NCBI GenBank assembly: GCA_964016885.1
Contig: OZ024742.1
Span: 238,576,001-238,640,000 of the forward strand
DNA length: 64,000 bases
Origin: Eledone cirrhosa
Lineage: Eukaryota
Direction of reading: 5' to 3'
In this document: one piece after another, positions 1 through 12,760 of the stretch
Layout: every line of letters starts with the position of its first letter
Numbering within the stretch: position 1 is the first letter of the stretch
Notes under the pieces: generated by a model
The model's input: only the letters and a program-made list of their open reading frames with translations
Database searches by the model: none
Told to the model about the DNA's origin: nothing
Made by a program: the position numbers and the translations under genes

Positions 1-687
1 ACTCCAATAATTCCAGTCATGGAAATTGTTTAATACCAAACAATATTTATGGTAAAAAACGCTTTCATTTCGGCAGAATCTGTCGGACGCCATAACAGAT
101 CGGGTTTTCCGATATTAGAAATTTGTCGTTGTGCATAGCGATTTGCCACAATTTCGAAGAAAGTTTGTGGTAAAAATAAAAAATAATAATCCAGTGATTT
201 AGCATCGGGTAGTAATGTGTGTTGTGGTCCAATATTTTCAGTAAAATCCGAAACATGTATCGATGTTGTTTCTTTCAACCACGTTGGTGTTTTTTCAATG
301 GTGTCAGTCAAATCTTCTCTTTCACTTTCAAAGTGACTATCAGATATATCAGAAATAAATATATCTGATTCGTTTGAAGATAAATCACTGATATTATCTT
401 CTGTTTCTTTTTGATCTCGAATGTCGTCGGACGTAAAACCTTCAAATTCGTTGTCGCTACTTTCGGAAGCCATGTTACACTTTCAACGTTAAAAACACGT
501 GTTTTCACAAGTTCTTTAACTATACTAAGAGTTAATTTTCGTGCGTAATCTCGAATTGACGAGATTTCGATGATGTCAATGTTTATTTTTAGAAGGAGAT
601 CTCCGTGTGTTATTAAATGTCGGTTTTTGTCGGTTTGAATAAATGAAAGGGGACATAATCTTGTCGGTTTGAATGCTAAAGGGTTAA
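1..687 (-). mobile_element. piggyBac DNA transposon left end with frameshifted transposase N-terminus (ORF 30..473)
   Basis: Minus strand begins TTAA|CCCTTTAGCATTCAAACCG (TTAA at 684-687). The ORF has an acidic N-terminus followed by the PGBD-like 'WRPTDSAEMKAFF' motif. The frame breaks near position 45 and the element runs off the window. Confidence 0.8.
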
Positions 688-789
688 ATGTGTGTACTTC
701 CTTTTGTAGTAGATTATTGAATATACATAAACAAAAAAAAGTCCTGTTATGTCTGTGAGAAATAATATACACAATGTGAATGAAACAAA

Positions 790-960
790 CCATATATACT
801 TGTGTATTTTAGTCACACCTCCATCTTACATACATTTACAATGTAACACATTTTGAATTGAGGTCCAGTGGATAAGTTGTATACTGGTTTTTTCCTACAA
901 AAATACTGTAAAAAACCAGCATGTAACTTATCTATTAGACCCCAATTCAAAATGTTAAAT
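790..960. mobile_element. Decayed pogo/Tigger-type MITE, paralogous to 3501-3665
   Basis: Shares 'tatac(t/c)tgtgtat..agtca..cctccat.t.acatacatttacaatgt...attttgaatt.agg...tccagtgga.aagt' with the 3501-3665 copy. Confidence 0.5.
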
Positions 961-991
961 ACATATACACACACATACATACATATATATA

Positions 992-2722
992 TCATCATCA
1001 TCTCCGTTTAACATCCATTTTTCCATGCTGGCATGGGTTAGACGAGTTATCCTGTTGTGATCAATGCTAGGTTAGGTGACCATGCCTTGCTCATACAGAA
1101 CCAATTTTGGCTTGGTTTCCACAGCTGGATGCCCTTCTTAGTGCCAACCTCATTTACAATGAGTGTTGGGTGCTTTTTGCCGTGTCACCATCATCACCAC
1201 TTAAAAGGCTTCGGTGGATGTATGCTTCAGCCTCTCCTCATGGGAGAAATATGAGTGGGTAGGTTGGGGTGGTGCATGCTATTTATATGCTTCAGTCTCG
1301 ATCTGTATCCGTGGGAAGTCTGGTCTTCTGTAATACTGCGAAACGCCAGAGATCTCGGTCCTATGTTGTCACCTTTGAGAGGTGCAATTGGGCAAGATCA
1401 GTTTTTATCACCTCATCTCAAGTCTTCTCACTCTACGGCTTCCATCAGCTCTGAGTGCTCTGCACCTTTTTATACAGCTGTCATCTTTCATACACATCAC
1501 ATGTCCATACCAACGCAATCTCCTCTCTTGCACACTGCATCTAATTCCTCTTACACCTAATTTCTCAAGCAGTTCATTTACGCTTTGCCGTTCATGTTAC
1601 ACATCCATCAGAGTAGGCTTCATTCTTTTACAATCTATGAAAGTCTTCTGCACACAGCACCCAGGTGCACGCATCATAGTCTGCTTTTCATTTTGAGGGA
1701 AAAGCTTTTTGTAGCTAGCAGTGGTAATAGTTCCCTGAACTTCTTCCATCTCGTTCTTACTCTGGCTACTCTGCTTTCAGAACACCCACCTCTGCTAATT
1801 TGGTCACCCAGGTAGCAGAAGCTGTCTACTGTTTCTACTGAGCCTTCCCAGAATTTGATAGTGCTTGTTTCCTGTGGTCTTTTGCTGCTTACTGTCTCGG
1901 TGCAACAACTACATGTAAAGCCTACATTCTTTGCTAAGCTTCCTGAGATCCAGTTACATCTCTTGTGTACCCATAGTTTGCATTTGGGGCAGAGGGTGTA
2001 ATATTCCTATATATTGAGCAAGGCCATTTCCCTAAAGGGATCAGGTTTCTGTTTTCTATTCTACTTACTAGGACGTTAGTCTTTGTCAGGTTGACTATAA
2101 GACAACTTATTTCTAGGCCTTGCTTCCATGTTTGGAATTTCTTCTCTAGTTCCGCCATAGAATCTGCTATGAGTGTAAGATCATCTGCATACAGGAGTTC
2201 CCACAGGCAGCCAGTCTTAAAATCCTGTTATAGCCTGTAGTACGATGATAAAAAGGAGAGGGTTAAGAATAGAGCCCTGGTGGACGCCGCCCTGCACACT
2301 AAATTCCTCGCTATAGTCATTGTTAATCCTAACTTTGCTGATAGTTCCCCTATACATTGCTTGTACAGCCTTCACAAGCCACTCATCTACTCCTAGTTTT
2401 CTAAGAGCCCACAAAATTATGGCACAGGGCAATCTGCCAAAAGCTTTTTCCAGATTGATATGCCAGGTAGAGCAGCTTGATTTTAGCTAGGTATTTTTCC
2501 TGTAACTGCTTCACCAGAAAGAGAGCATCTGCAGTGCCTTTGCCTGGTACAAATCCGAACTGCATCTCATCTAGATTTACCTGGTCCCTAATCAGCTGTG
2601 CTATAACTCTTTGTTAATTTCATGACATGGACCATGAGCTTGATGCCTCTAGTGCATCCCCTTTACCCTTGTAGTAGTTGACAATGATGCTGTTGTGCCA
2701 ACCATTTGATATGGCACCATCT
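992..2722 (-). mobile_element. Degenerate 5'-truncated RTE LINE (subfamily B)
   Basis: RT fragments WALRKLGVDEWLV, GVHQGSILNPLLF, LYADD and GKWPCS, a (GAT)n 3' tail at about 992-1001, and multiple frameshifts. Homologous to 39478-41047. Confidence 0.9.
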
Positions 2723-2817
2723 AGTATATATATATATATATATATAGATAGTTGAAAAATGAAATGAAACAAACACAGGGCTATATTAGGTTCACACTTG
2801 GATGCAATGGAGGAGGG

Positions 2818-2851
2818 TTCGACGTTTCGGACAGAAGTCCTTCATCTGGAA
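2818..2851 (-). ncRNA. Minimal type I hammerhead ribozyme motif (core U4>A) in a short Penelope-pLTR-like element
   Basis: Minus strand reads TTC CAGATGA A GGAC TTCT GTCC GAAAC GTC GAA: stem I, core, stem II, palindromic ACGT stem III and a GUC triplet. Confidence 0.7.
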
Positions 2852-2979
2852 AAGTTTGGATACAGAGAGAACAGGTAGATATATGAAAGTGGTGTGTGAA
2901 AGTTAGGAAAAGGATGTTTGGAGGAATGATAGGTTGGGAGTTGTAGGCGAAAGGTCTGACGTTAGGAGTGGGTCTGATA

Positions 2980-3048
<69 letters not shown>

Positions 3049-3500
3049 GCACACATACATATTGTACATACTGGAATATAAGCATACCCCCTATTTTGCT
3101 TGAGAAATGGGCAAAAATCGAAACCCCATTTATAAGCATTATGTTTAAATGACACAGATCTTGAAATTTTCATGAGAAGAGAATATATTTATCAAGTTTT
3201 ACTATCTTGATATTGAAAATGTTTTAAGTGTCATTTAGAGTATAGTGTTTTGTTTCACAATTCCATTACGTAATGATTTTTATTACCAATTTCACATCCA
3301 AAGTGAAACCGGCATAATATTCACCTCCAAAACCAAAATATTTTAACACATCACATATGTAGAATTTGAAATTAATGAAAATTTGCAAAATGACCTTGAG
3401 TATAATTTGGCCCCTCATTTTACCATTGAGTTTTTTGTCACATTTCTCAGCTTATATGCGTATATATTTAAGTACCCACATAATTACACACACACACACA

Positions 3501-3665
3501 CACTGTATATACCTGTGTATAAGTCAAGCCTCCATTTAACATACATTTACAATGTGCTATATATTTTGAATTAAGGTTTTGTAAGTCCAGTGGAGAAGTC
3601 ACATACTGTTTTTTCAATATATTTTCATAAAAAAATGTGCGACGAGTACATGAGTATATACAGTA
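3501..3665. mobile_element. pogo/Tigger-type MITE
   Basis: Imperfect TIRs: cactgtatatacctgtgtataagtc at the left, and gacgagtacatgagtatatacagta at the right. Confidence 0.55.
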
Positions 3666-3741
3666 TGTAAAAAATAAAGTGAGGTGGAATGAGTTTGTTA
3701 CAATAGAAAGACAATGAAAAGAAAAAATTTCACAAACTCAC

Positions 3742-4368
3742 TGTGTATGAATTAATGTTCTTCAACTTGATATCTTCTTGTGACCAAATCCGAGATAAGT
3801 CTTTACTAGTAACAGAGGGGCGAATGCCAGCCCCATTTGTTAAGTTCGCATTCATAACATTGTTCATCTGGTTTGGTTTTGTCATGTTTGCCATAGGAGT
3901 TGTTTTATTGATGTTAGTAGGTTGAGGAGTAGGGGTTGGCACTGTCGTCTGTGACACATTCTTCACAATATTTGAAGCACTCGGCTTCATTTTATTGGAG
4001 GTTATCGTGTTCACTTTAACATTGCTACCCGTCAGTCCAAGCTGACTGAGAATCTGTAAAGGTTTCCCAGAGTTCACCTCAGTGAGTAACGGACTATTGC
4101 GCCCAGTGCTACTAGTTGTGGTAATATAGATCTTCTGACCAGCAAAGGAATTTGGTAAACCGCTCTGCGAACCAACATTTTTAGGAGTTAGTGAGATTAT
4201 TTTACTGCCACTCTGACTAATTGCAGTATTCTGAATGTAAGAATTATTAGCTCCAGTGATTTGTAAGACCTGGCTATTCCCACCAGATGACTTAACAACT
4301 CGAATAACCTGAGAATTGGAGTTTGTAAGGCTGTGATTGGTTGGTTGTAAAACTACACGTGGTCTTAT
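3742..4368 (-). CDS. SBNO1: Strawberry notch homolog (SBNO1-like), coding exon 4 (209 aa, IRPRVV...SKDLSRIWSQEDIKLKNINSYT)
   Basis: TTTCAG acceptor, GTGAGT donor and a 627-nt open frame in phase 0. The end resembles the vertebrate SBNO1 segment 'NKEGARMWINDMKMRSF' (recalled from memory, not searched). The gene continues left beyond the window. Confidence 0.8.
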
Positions 4369-4789
4369 CTGAAATAAATAAACAATTATATTGATTGGTT
4401 GTACAACTATATATGGCCTTATTTGAAATAAATAAAAAATATATATATATGTATATTTTATGTCTGTTGTTACACATTATATATATAATATCCTCACAGC
4501 AAAAAGAAGTGAATTTTTTAAAATATTTTTTTAACAAACATTATAGATTATACAATGTACAAGCAGTTACATCATATTTACCCCTGCTGAAAATAGAGAT
4601 GACAGTGATTAAAAAGTTCACTTTACAATCATGGGGTCCAAAATTCAATTCCCCTTTACGTAACATCTTGGGCATATGACAGAGACCCAGGTCGAGCCAA
4701 GCCTTTTAATTGAAACTGTATGGAAGCACGGCAAATGGAGTGGACTTGTCATATATTAGGATTAGATTGAGGGTACAATGGCTTGTTGA

Positions 4790-5190
4790 TATTACAGTTC
4801 ACACCTATGTAGGTTTAGCTAACCTCCTACAAAGTTGCATCTCATGCTTTTTTAATGATAGGGGCTCCAGTTCTATCATGAAGAGACTTTAGTGAAATGG
4901 ACACCAACTGCTGTCTGACACTACTTTTTTTAAAACTGAGTGATCTGGAGCAATATGAAATGAAGAGTCTTGCTCAAGGACCCAATGTGCCACGTAGCCC
5001 AGGAACCAAACGAAATTGAAATTTACAGCTTATACCTATGTAGATTTCTCAGACATTTTTTCAGCTAAGTGGTCTGGAACAATGTGAAATGAAGCATTTT
5101 ACAAGGATACAACTCACCATCTGGTCATGGAATCAAACCCATGACCTAACAATCTCGAGTCCAATACCTTTGCCACAAGGTCACATCATA
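4790..5190 (-). mobile_element. Decayed tRNA-derived SINE fragments (two partial copies)
   Basis: Two copies of the 'ctgagt..ctggagcaatatgaaatgaag..tcttgctcaagga' core and a B-box complement 'ggaatcaaaccc'. Confidence 0.6.
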
Positions 5191-5556
5191 TATCTACATT
5201 CCACACTGGCATATGTTGGACAAGTTGTCACAATCCAAGACTAGATTGGTCAGAGCAACATCATCTTACTTATATGTTCCATATTTGAGATGATTTCTAT
5301 GATTAAGTGCCCTTCTCAATGCCAACCACCTCAGAGGGTACTGGGTGTGTTTTATTTTGGCACCAACACTACCAGTTTACAGAGCATACTGGGTGTTTTA
5401 TCATGGCACCAACCTTAGAGAGGTTGTCACATGTTCATCCAGACTGAAGAGTAGCTTTCAAATCCTATATTGTCTCTGATCACTCACCACATTTACTTTC
5501 ACTTATAGTGTGAAGTATTTACAAAATCATCAAAATCCAAGAGAAACAACACTTAC

Positions 5557-5676
5557 TTGATTGGATGCTATAATTTTTGGTTGAGGTATTGTCACTGGTG
5601 CGTGTGTTGTGGTAGATGGATAGACATTATTTGAACTCCCATCAATATAACCATTTACAGCAGTTGGAACAGGTTG
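5557..5676 (-). CDS. SBNO1: SBNO1-like coding exon 3 (40 aa, QPVPTAVNGY...KIIASNQ)
   Basis: TTGTAG acceptor, GTAAGT donor and 120 nt open in phase 0, in frame with the neighbouring exons. Confidence 0.8.
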
Positions 5677-5721
5677 CTACAAGAAAGTAAAGTATGTATG
5701 TATGTGTGTGTGGTGTGTGTC

Positions 5722-5749
<28 letters not shown>

Positions 5750-5752
<3 letters not shown>

Positions 5753-5915
5753 AAAAGGTAAACAGAAATAACAACACAATCGGTACAGTATATAGAAGGC
5801 ATATATTAGGTTAACGCTTGATATAGCAGGAAGAGGGTCTTAACGTTTTGGACGCTAGTCCTTCATCAGAAGAATGAGAAATAAAAGAGATTAAGGGGAC
5901 GGGCGGGATGGAAAT
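5750..5915 (-). mobile_element. Short hammerhead-bearing element (HHR motif 5838-5873, G12>A)
   Basis: Minus strand reads TCTT CTGATGA A GGAC TAGC GTCC AAAAC GTT AAGA. It is homologous over about 160 bp to 21990-22160 in the opposite orientation. Confidence 0.7.
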
Positions 5916-5925
5916 ATATATATAT

Positions 5926-6300
5926 GGAGGCACATGGCTTAGTGGTTAGAGCATTGGCCTTGCAATCAAAAGGTTGTGAGTTCAATTCTCAGACCGGGTG
6001 ATGTGTTGTTTCCTTGAGCAAGACACTTTATTTCACATTGCTCCAGTTTACTCAGCTGTAGAAATGAGATGATAGGGACTGGGGTCCCTATCATTCCACT
6101 GCAAAGTGGACGTGTAGGTGCCACGGCAAAAAAGCACCCAGCACTCACTGTAAAGTGGACGTGGAGGTGCCATGGCAAAAAAGCACCCAGCACTCACTGT
6201 AAATGAGGTTGGTGTTAGGAAGGGCATCCAGCTGTAGAAATCAAGCCAGAATCAGTTCCCGTCCCACCCTTGCTAGCAGGGAAAAGTGGACATAAAATGA
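5926..6300 (+). mobile_element. Full-length tRNA-derived SINE with RTE-type 3' end
   Basis: A box TGGCTTAGTGG (5935-5945), B box GAGTTCAATTC (5978-5988), a central 'ccttgagcaagacacttta' core, and a 3' end nearly identical to the RTE-A terminus (cccacccttgc.agcagggaaaag.ggac.taaaatga). Confidence 0.9.
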
Positions 6301-6526
6301 AATTTGTCACAAATAATTTCTTTTATATTTGATATATATATACACACACCCACACATATATACAATGTTAATACAGCCAAACTTACGACACCATCACGAA
6401 CAGGGTATAGACCATTCCACCAATATATACACTGATACATACAAAAATTTAAAAGCAAGATACACACACACTCACATGTCTGCCTTTTTTTATTTTTACT
6501 TCTAATCTCTGAACTACTGTACTCTC

Positions 6527-6554
6527 CTGATGAAGGAGTAATGTCCAAAATGTC
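6527..6554 (+). ncRNA. Decayed minimal hammerhead motif
   Basis: CTGATGA A GGA GTAATG TCC AAAA TGTC. G12 is lost and stem I is poor. Confidence 0.4.
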
Positions 6555-6929
6555 AAATCTTTTTCTCCCTTTCACTAATAAAACTAATTGTTTTTGTATT
6601 TTTGCATTTGTCATTTTTAATACACACACACATAATTTTGTCTCTCTCTCTCTCTCTCTCACAACCCCACCCAACAATAAAAAAAAAAGTAAATGAAAAC
6701 AATGACAATGTCCAACAAGTAAAATCATCCACCAAATATTTTGTATCTAATGAACAAAACCTGAAATGCATAAATTAGAAATAAATCTAATCCAAATGTA
6801 AACACCTCAAAGCAAGACAATAACGTAATAAATCATAATTAAAATGAATCCACTGTACTGGTACTAAGAGGATGAACATCAATATCTGGTTTCCATTGTG
6901 GCTATATGGATGCATGTATGTGTGCCTAT

Positions 6930-7112
6930 ATTCATGTTTACACTTGTGTCTGTGTTTATGTCCCATAACTTAGCGGTTCAACAAAAAAAAAAGAAATCGA
7001 TAAATAAGTACCAAGCTTGAAAAATATGTACTGTGGCCAATATGATCAACTAAATCATGGTGGTGCTGCAGCATGGCTGCTGTCTACTGACAGACCAGTA
7101 AAATAATAAAAT
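6930..7112 (+). mobile_element. Decayed octopus-type SINE 3' half
   Basis: 'ttagcggttc..cgataaataagtacca..ggtggtgctgcagcatggc..taaaataataaaa'. The tail matches the CR1-like 3' end at 60456-60515. Confidence 0.6.
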
Positions 7113-7261
7113 GGCAATTCAATTTGAAGAATCTAAAATAAATTTTTTGTCTAATAACTGCCAATTCGCCACCACAGCAGAAAAAAACTGGACAGAAATA
7201 TTCCTAACATAAACAAAATACAGACATACATACACACAAATAGATAGATAGGGATACTTAC

Positions 7262-7384
7262 AGTAACAGGCTGTACATCAACAAGGCTGTCATTCAGTGT
7301 AAACAAGTCATCTGATTCATCAAAAGCAGTAAGATCTCCAATTCCAGACTCATCCAGAGCAGCAGACAAAAGGTCCTTTGTAAC
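7262..7384 (-). CDS. SBNO1: SBNO1-like coding exon 2 (41 aa, VTKDLLSAALDESGIGDL...VQPVT)
   Basis: TGACAG acceptor and GTAAGT donor. 'DLLSAALDESGI' matches the SBNO1 N-terminal motif 'DLLLAALSESGI' (recalled). Confidence 0.85.
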
Positions 7385-9127
7385 CTGTCAAATGGAAATC
7401 ACTTAATTATTATTACAACAAACAAATTAATACTAACAGTTAACTAACACTTTATTTGGAATATAAACAAGTTAAACGTCTGAAACAATTGGGATTGGCA
7501 CTAGAAAGAATAATCAATGTGAAAAGTTACAACACAGTAAAGGCATGTGGTTTAGAGATTAAAATGCTTCATTTCATGTTGCTTTTTATGAAAGGGCTGG
7601 AGCCCCTTTTATCATAACATCCAAGGAACTACTATGAAATGCAACGCCAGCAAAACCTACATACAGGAGAGCTGTAAATTTTATTTGAACATAGTTCCTA
7701 CAATATCTGGGTTTCAATGAGACCTATAAATTAAATAGCATATAAAAATGTAACTAATTTTTATATTAATGACCATTATTATTTTTCCATACAGTCCACA
7801 ATGAAAATATAAAATAGACAGTTCACTTATACAGATTTAGCTGGCTTTATACAAGGTTGCTTGTATTAGCAGGTTTCTCAGGTATCCAATCATGAATCAT
7901 CTTCATCAAGAACACAAAGCACCCTGGAATCAAACCCACAATCTTATGATCCTGAGTTCAACTCCCTAACTACTAGGCCACATACCTTCACAATACAGCA
8001 TATTCTCATCCCATTTGTAACATTAAACTTGCTCTGCCCTGGTCTACTTTATATCTTTCCATTTTCGAAGGTTTACCTCTATTGCAGATACCATAAACTT
8101 ATATTTTTCTCCCAGTTATGACATGGTTTAAAAAAGTTAAAGTCTGTTCTAAATTCAGAAGCTTGTCAGATAGGAGCCTATCTTAGTTTCATTTATGTTA
8201 AGCAGCTGGGAGAACAAGATTGTGCCCTGGATGGGATACCCATCTATTATAGAGTTAACCCTCAGTTATTGCTGCTAGCACTTATTTCTTTCAGCTGAGT
8301 AAGCTGGAGCAATATGAAATGTCTTGCTCAAATATATATGTGGCACCAGATCTGGATATCAAAGCCACAACTTTACAATTGTACTCCTCCAACATACTAA
8401 TGACGACCTGTCCAACTCATACCAATATAGAAAGTGGATATAAAATTGTGATGAACGTTATACTTTGAGTTTGATATAAAGATCAAAGACCTTACAATCA
8501 CCTAATCACAAGCCCCCCCCCCCCCCCACCCCCCATCTTGGACCATGATATCCTGTCCAACCCATACCAGTATGGAAAGCAAGTGTTAAACTATGATTAT
8601 AATGATGATGATGATGAATACTTCATTTTAAGTCTGAGTTTGATAAAAAGTTATAACTATAACTTACTAACCTAGCTTTTATTGCTGTTAGTATTCCTGC
8701 TAATCAGTTCAAAATAAATAAAATAAGCATTTTCAAAGATTCTTCTGTTGGTATGTATGTAGGTAGATAGTTTTCTATAGTAAGTCGTGAACAATAAATA
8801 GCTCCTTTCAACTAGTTATATAAATAAAAACTAATATCAGCAAATTATCTCAAATATAGCTTTGTATTGCAATCAACTCCAGTATTTATCATAGGAGATC
8901 ACATCATTGATTGAAGAATGAGTTTATTGACATAAGCTATCATTTGGACTATAGAACAAGCCAAAAACAAAAGCTAACTAGCTGACATTGAGAGAAACAG
9001 CAGGAGCAGAAGGATAAAAGTACAGCTGAAAAGGTTAGACCAGTGATATGAAACACTTCAGAAAAAGCAGTAGAAATATCTCAGCTGAAGAAAGAGAAGA
9101 AAAAAAAAGGTATTGGAAGAAACCACT

Positions 9128-9900
9128 TTAAACCCTTCTTTACCATATTTCTAATAAAAGACAGACACTGCATGTGATATTCAAATAGTTTAGAAGAAAA
9201 AAATGAAGAATTTAAAGGCATTTAGTAATATAACATTCCTATTTATTTACCTTGTGCTTGGAACCTAACTTACCAAAGGTTCTAACATAAAATTAAGTTG
9301 GCCTTTATCTAGATAAATATAAACACTTTAACCCTTGTGTTACCATATTTCCAATGAAAGACACTACCTATGATTTTCAAACTATTTAGAAAATAATCAA
9401 CTAACTTTCTCCTTATTTAACTCTTAATATCCTGTAATGATTGAGTCAAAAATATCAATTGTTTGTTAATTCGAATATTTGTAGTATCATTAGGAAAATG
9501 TGCAGTATTACATTACAAACTTCAATTTTTCATGTGATTCAATCATCCTATTGTTTTGTACTTTTAAAGCAGGCATGTCAAACTGAGGGCCATACACAAC
9601 TAATTGTGCACATTACAACTAATTTTTTTCAATTTTATATTACAAAGATAAAACATGTTTGCACTGTAAAAACCTTTGTGCAGGCTGCAGGTGTGCTTGC
9701 AAAGGGCCGCATGTTTAACATGCCTGTTTTAAAGAAATAAGCTGATGTTTGGAGCATAACTTAAATGCTTTTACATAAAATTATGATGGAAGGTTTCTAG
9801 ATAAATATAAAACACTAACACTTTCGTTGTACTTTTAATGAAAGACACTGCCTATGATTTTCAAATAATTTTGAAAAATAATCAAGAATTTCTTATTCCC
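9128..9900 (+). mobile_element. Cluster of decayed TTAA-type MITE copies (starts near 9128, 9328, 9815)
   Basis: Repeated 'ttaaccctt..gttaccatatttc.aatgaaagacact.cctatgattttcaaa'. Further copies at about 12017, 13715-13935, 14140-14295 (minus) and 15650-15743. Confidence 0.6.
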
Positions 9901-10200
9901 AACCCTTCTGACACTAAACAGCTCCTGGTTCTATAATACTAAGCTATTTATATTAATCTTAAAACTTTCCATTGTAATTTTATGAAAGAACCTTTGTTTA
10001 TATTCCAAACACTAACTAATAATGAAAAAATTAGTTATATTACTAAATCACTCAAAATTTTTGATTATATTCAAAGTAATTAGAAACTCATAAGCAGTGT
10101 CTTTCTGTGCCCAACAGAAAACCAATAAGATAGCAGTGCATAGTTCAAATCCTGATACCACATCTGTGAAGTGTCCATAGTCAAAACACTTTCTCATTAT

Positions 10201-10416
10201 TTAACCTTTTAGTATTCAAACCAGTCAAAACCGGCCACAATTCTCTTACCTCCTCCTGTTGAAACTGGCCATAACTGATGTTAAGGTATTGTTCTCAAAA
10301 TAAATACTTTCAAAATCTCATAGATTCGATATTATGTGAGATAATTATGTAAGGTAAAGCCTTTACCATGAAAATATAATAGTATATATAAAATAATGTG
10401 AGTGCTAAAGGGTTAA
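10201..10416. mobile_element. piggyBac MITE, complete with TTAA target duplication
   Basis: TTAA-CCTTTTAGTATTCA...TGAGTGCTAAAGGG-TTAA. The termini match the transposon end at 665-687. Confidence 0.8.
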
Positions 10417-12199
10417 TATACGTTCTATGTTGACATGGGTCGGACAGATTGTTACAGGCCAAATCGGTAATTTATCAGAGATACTGCCCTCCCAGGCAGG
10501 TCAGGGGCCTGATGTCGCACTCACATATGTTTTAGTAAGGTTTCTACAGCTGGAAATCCTTCCAAAGTGCATTTTATCAAGGCACCAACACTAGGGAGTT
10601 TGTTGTGTCCTTGACACAACTAAGAGTCCTTTTCCTCAGTTGTAAATACATATTGTAAAATAAAAATTTAAAAATACCTCTCTGAAGTAACTAAAGTTTC
10701 AAGTCAAAATTGAGGTGTGTCTAGGAAATATGGTGATTGTTTGGCTGGCTACCTACATGTCAGCGTTGTTCAATTAAAGTTGACCTAGAGCTACACAACT
10801 ATACAATATGACTTTCAAAAATAAACTTCAGCAGCAATACAGCTAGTGTGATTTTAAAATACCAAGATGGAGCTACAAAGACACAGCTGTTATACAACAT
10901 GCATATAAGCTCAATGGTGTTCAAACAAAAATTGGGTTTCTAGACACCACCTACCAACAGCCACTACATATAGTCATTAATTATGGTAAAACTCAATAAT
11001 AATGAAGATAAAAGAATATTCTTTTTTTCTTGTTTTTGTTTATCTTTTTCTGTACATATGTATCTATGAATGTGTATATGCATATATGTAGTAACCAACA
11101 GTAACAGCACAAACTAGCTCATGGAAGGCTGCCACATCCCCTCATCAACTTCTTTCTCTCCACCCCCAAGCATATGCTGCTGCATGGTCCCAGCTGACAG
11201 AATTGACATTTGTACAACAGATAAACTTGGAAAATTACAGATGTTAGCAAACTCACATGCCAAAAGTAAAAATATATCTAATATAGTAGATTCTCATCTT
11301 GAATGTTTTATGTCCATTTTCAGTGCTGGCATAGGTTGAACAGGTTGTCATATTCTGGAACAAAACAGGTCAGATGACTATGTTTTGTTCAAATGTTCCA
11401 TTTTAGCATGCTTCCCACAGCTGGATGCACTTCCAAATGCCAACCATTTTACAGCAGCTACCAGGTGCATTTTGTTATGGCAACAGCACCACCACTTTAC
11501 AAGGTGGACTGTGCTTTTTATCATGGCACTAGCATTACCACCTTACAGTGTGTACTGAGTGCATTTTATTGCGACACCATCACTAATATTTTACTGATTG
11601 GTTGATTGCATATTATGGTACCAACACTATCACTAAGACTCCAGAAAATGGTGATGTGATGAAACAGCCAGTAAGGCTCAGAGGGCTCATTCTAGTGAGT
11701 GGCCGTCTCCTTCTGATTGCAGTAAACAGAGATGTGGTTTGGGGTCTCCAGGACATTAGATGTTTCCACCACAGAAGGTTATTTATATGTACCATCTATC
11801 AAATATACTCAGAAGTGAGATAATTAAAAATACTTTACAGACTTGCTCAACCTGCTAGAAATAGCAGCCAAATTCTACCATCTTGAAATAAGAAGGAAAC
11901 AATGGACAACATAATTCTAGATATACAAAAATTATTGGATGGACAAAGATGTAATGCCTTTCATCATAGGTCTGTTCAGAGTTGAGCAGGGCCTAAACAA
12001 CATAGAAAGCTCTCATTAACCTTGTTATCAAATTTCTTATGAAAGTCACTGCTTTGTTACTGAAAATAATTGAGAATTTAGTAATACTTGGAGCATAATT
12101 TAGAGATTTTTTAATATAAAATTATGATGGGAAGATTTTAGATACTTGAACTTCACCTGCTTCAGTGAAACTTCATTCACATGTAGAGTACACTGTGCA

Positions 12200-12760
12200 G
12201 GCTTCCTTGAGAGGACAAGCATCTCAGTTTTCGCAACACTCGGCATCAAACCTTATCAAGTGCAAGTCGGAGATCGCTTTCTGGCGAGTTAAGTAACACC
12301 ATGTCATCTGCAAATTCCAGCCGACTGATTTTACACCCGCCAGTTGTGATACCACTACCAACCTGGCTGCACATGTACATAATGAACAGGAGAGGTGATA
12401 GTACGCACCCATGGCAGAGTCTGACTCCTATATTGAATGGTTTCGATTTAGCACCATTTACCTGAACACAAATACTTGAGCATTTGTATAGACATCAGGA
12501 CAGCAAGAAGCTGACCATCGATCCCATGCTCCTGCAGAACCTTCCACAGCAGGTCCCAGGGAACATGGTCTTAATGCCTTTTTGAGGTCTACAAAACAAG
12601 AATATACATCTAGGCAATACTCCCGCAATTTCTCAAAGACCTGCTGCAGTGTGAATATTTGGCCGGCTGTGCTGTGTCCGGGATGAAAACTGCTCTGTTC
12701 ATCAGCTAACTTGGACTCGACAATCTCTCTGCATCTCTTTGCCAGACACTTAGTATAGAC
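12200..12760 (-). pseudogene. Old RTE-clade RT fragment
   Basis: Minus-strand translation gives DEQSSFHPGHSTAGQIFTLQQVFEK...CFVDLKKA*DHVP, with stops and frameshifts. Confidence 0.75.

Noticed and set aside
5926-6000. tRNA gene
   Set aside because: There is no complete cloverleaf, and the sequence continues into the SINE core and RTE tail.
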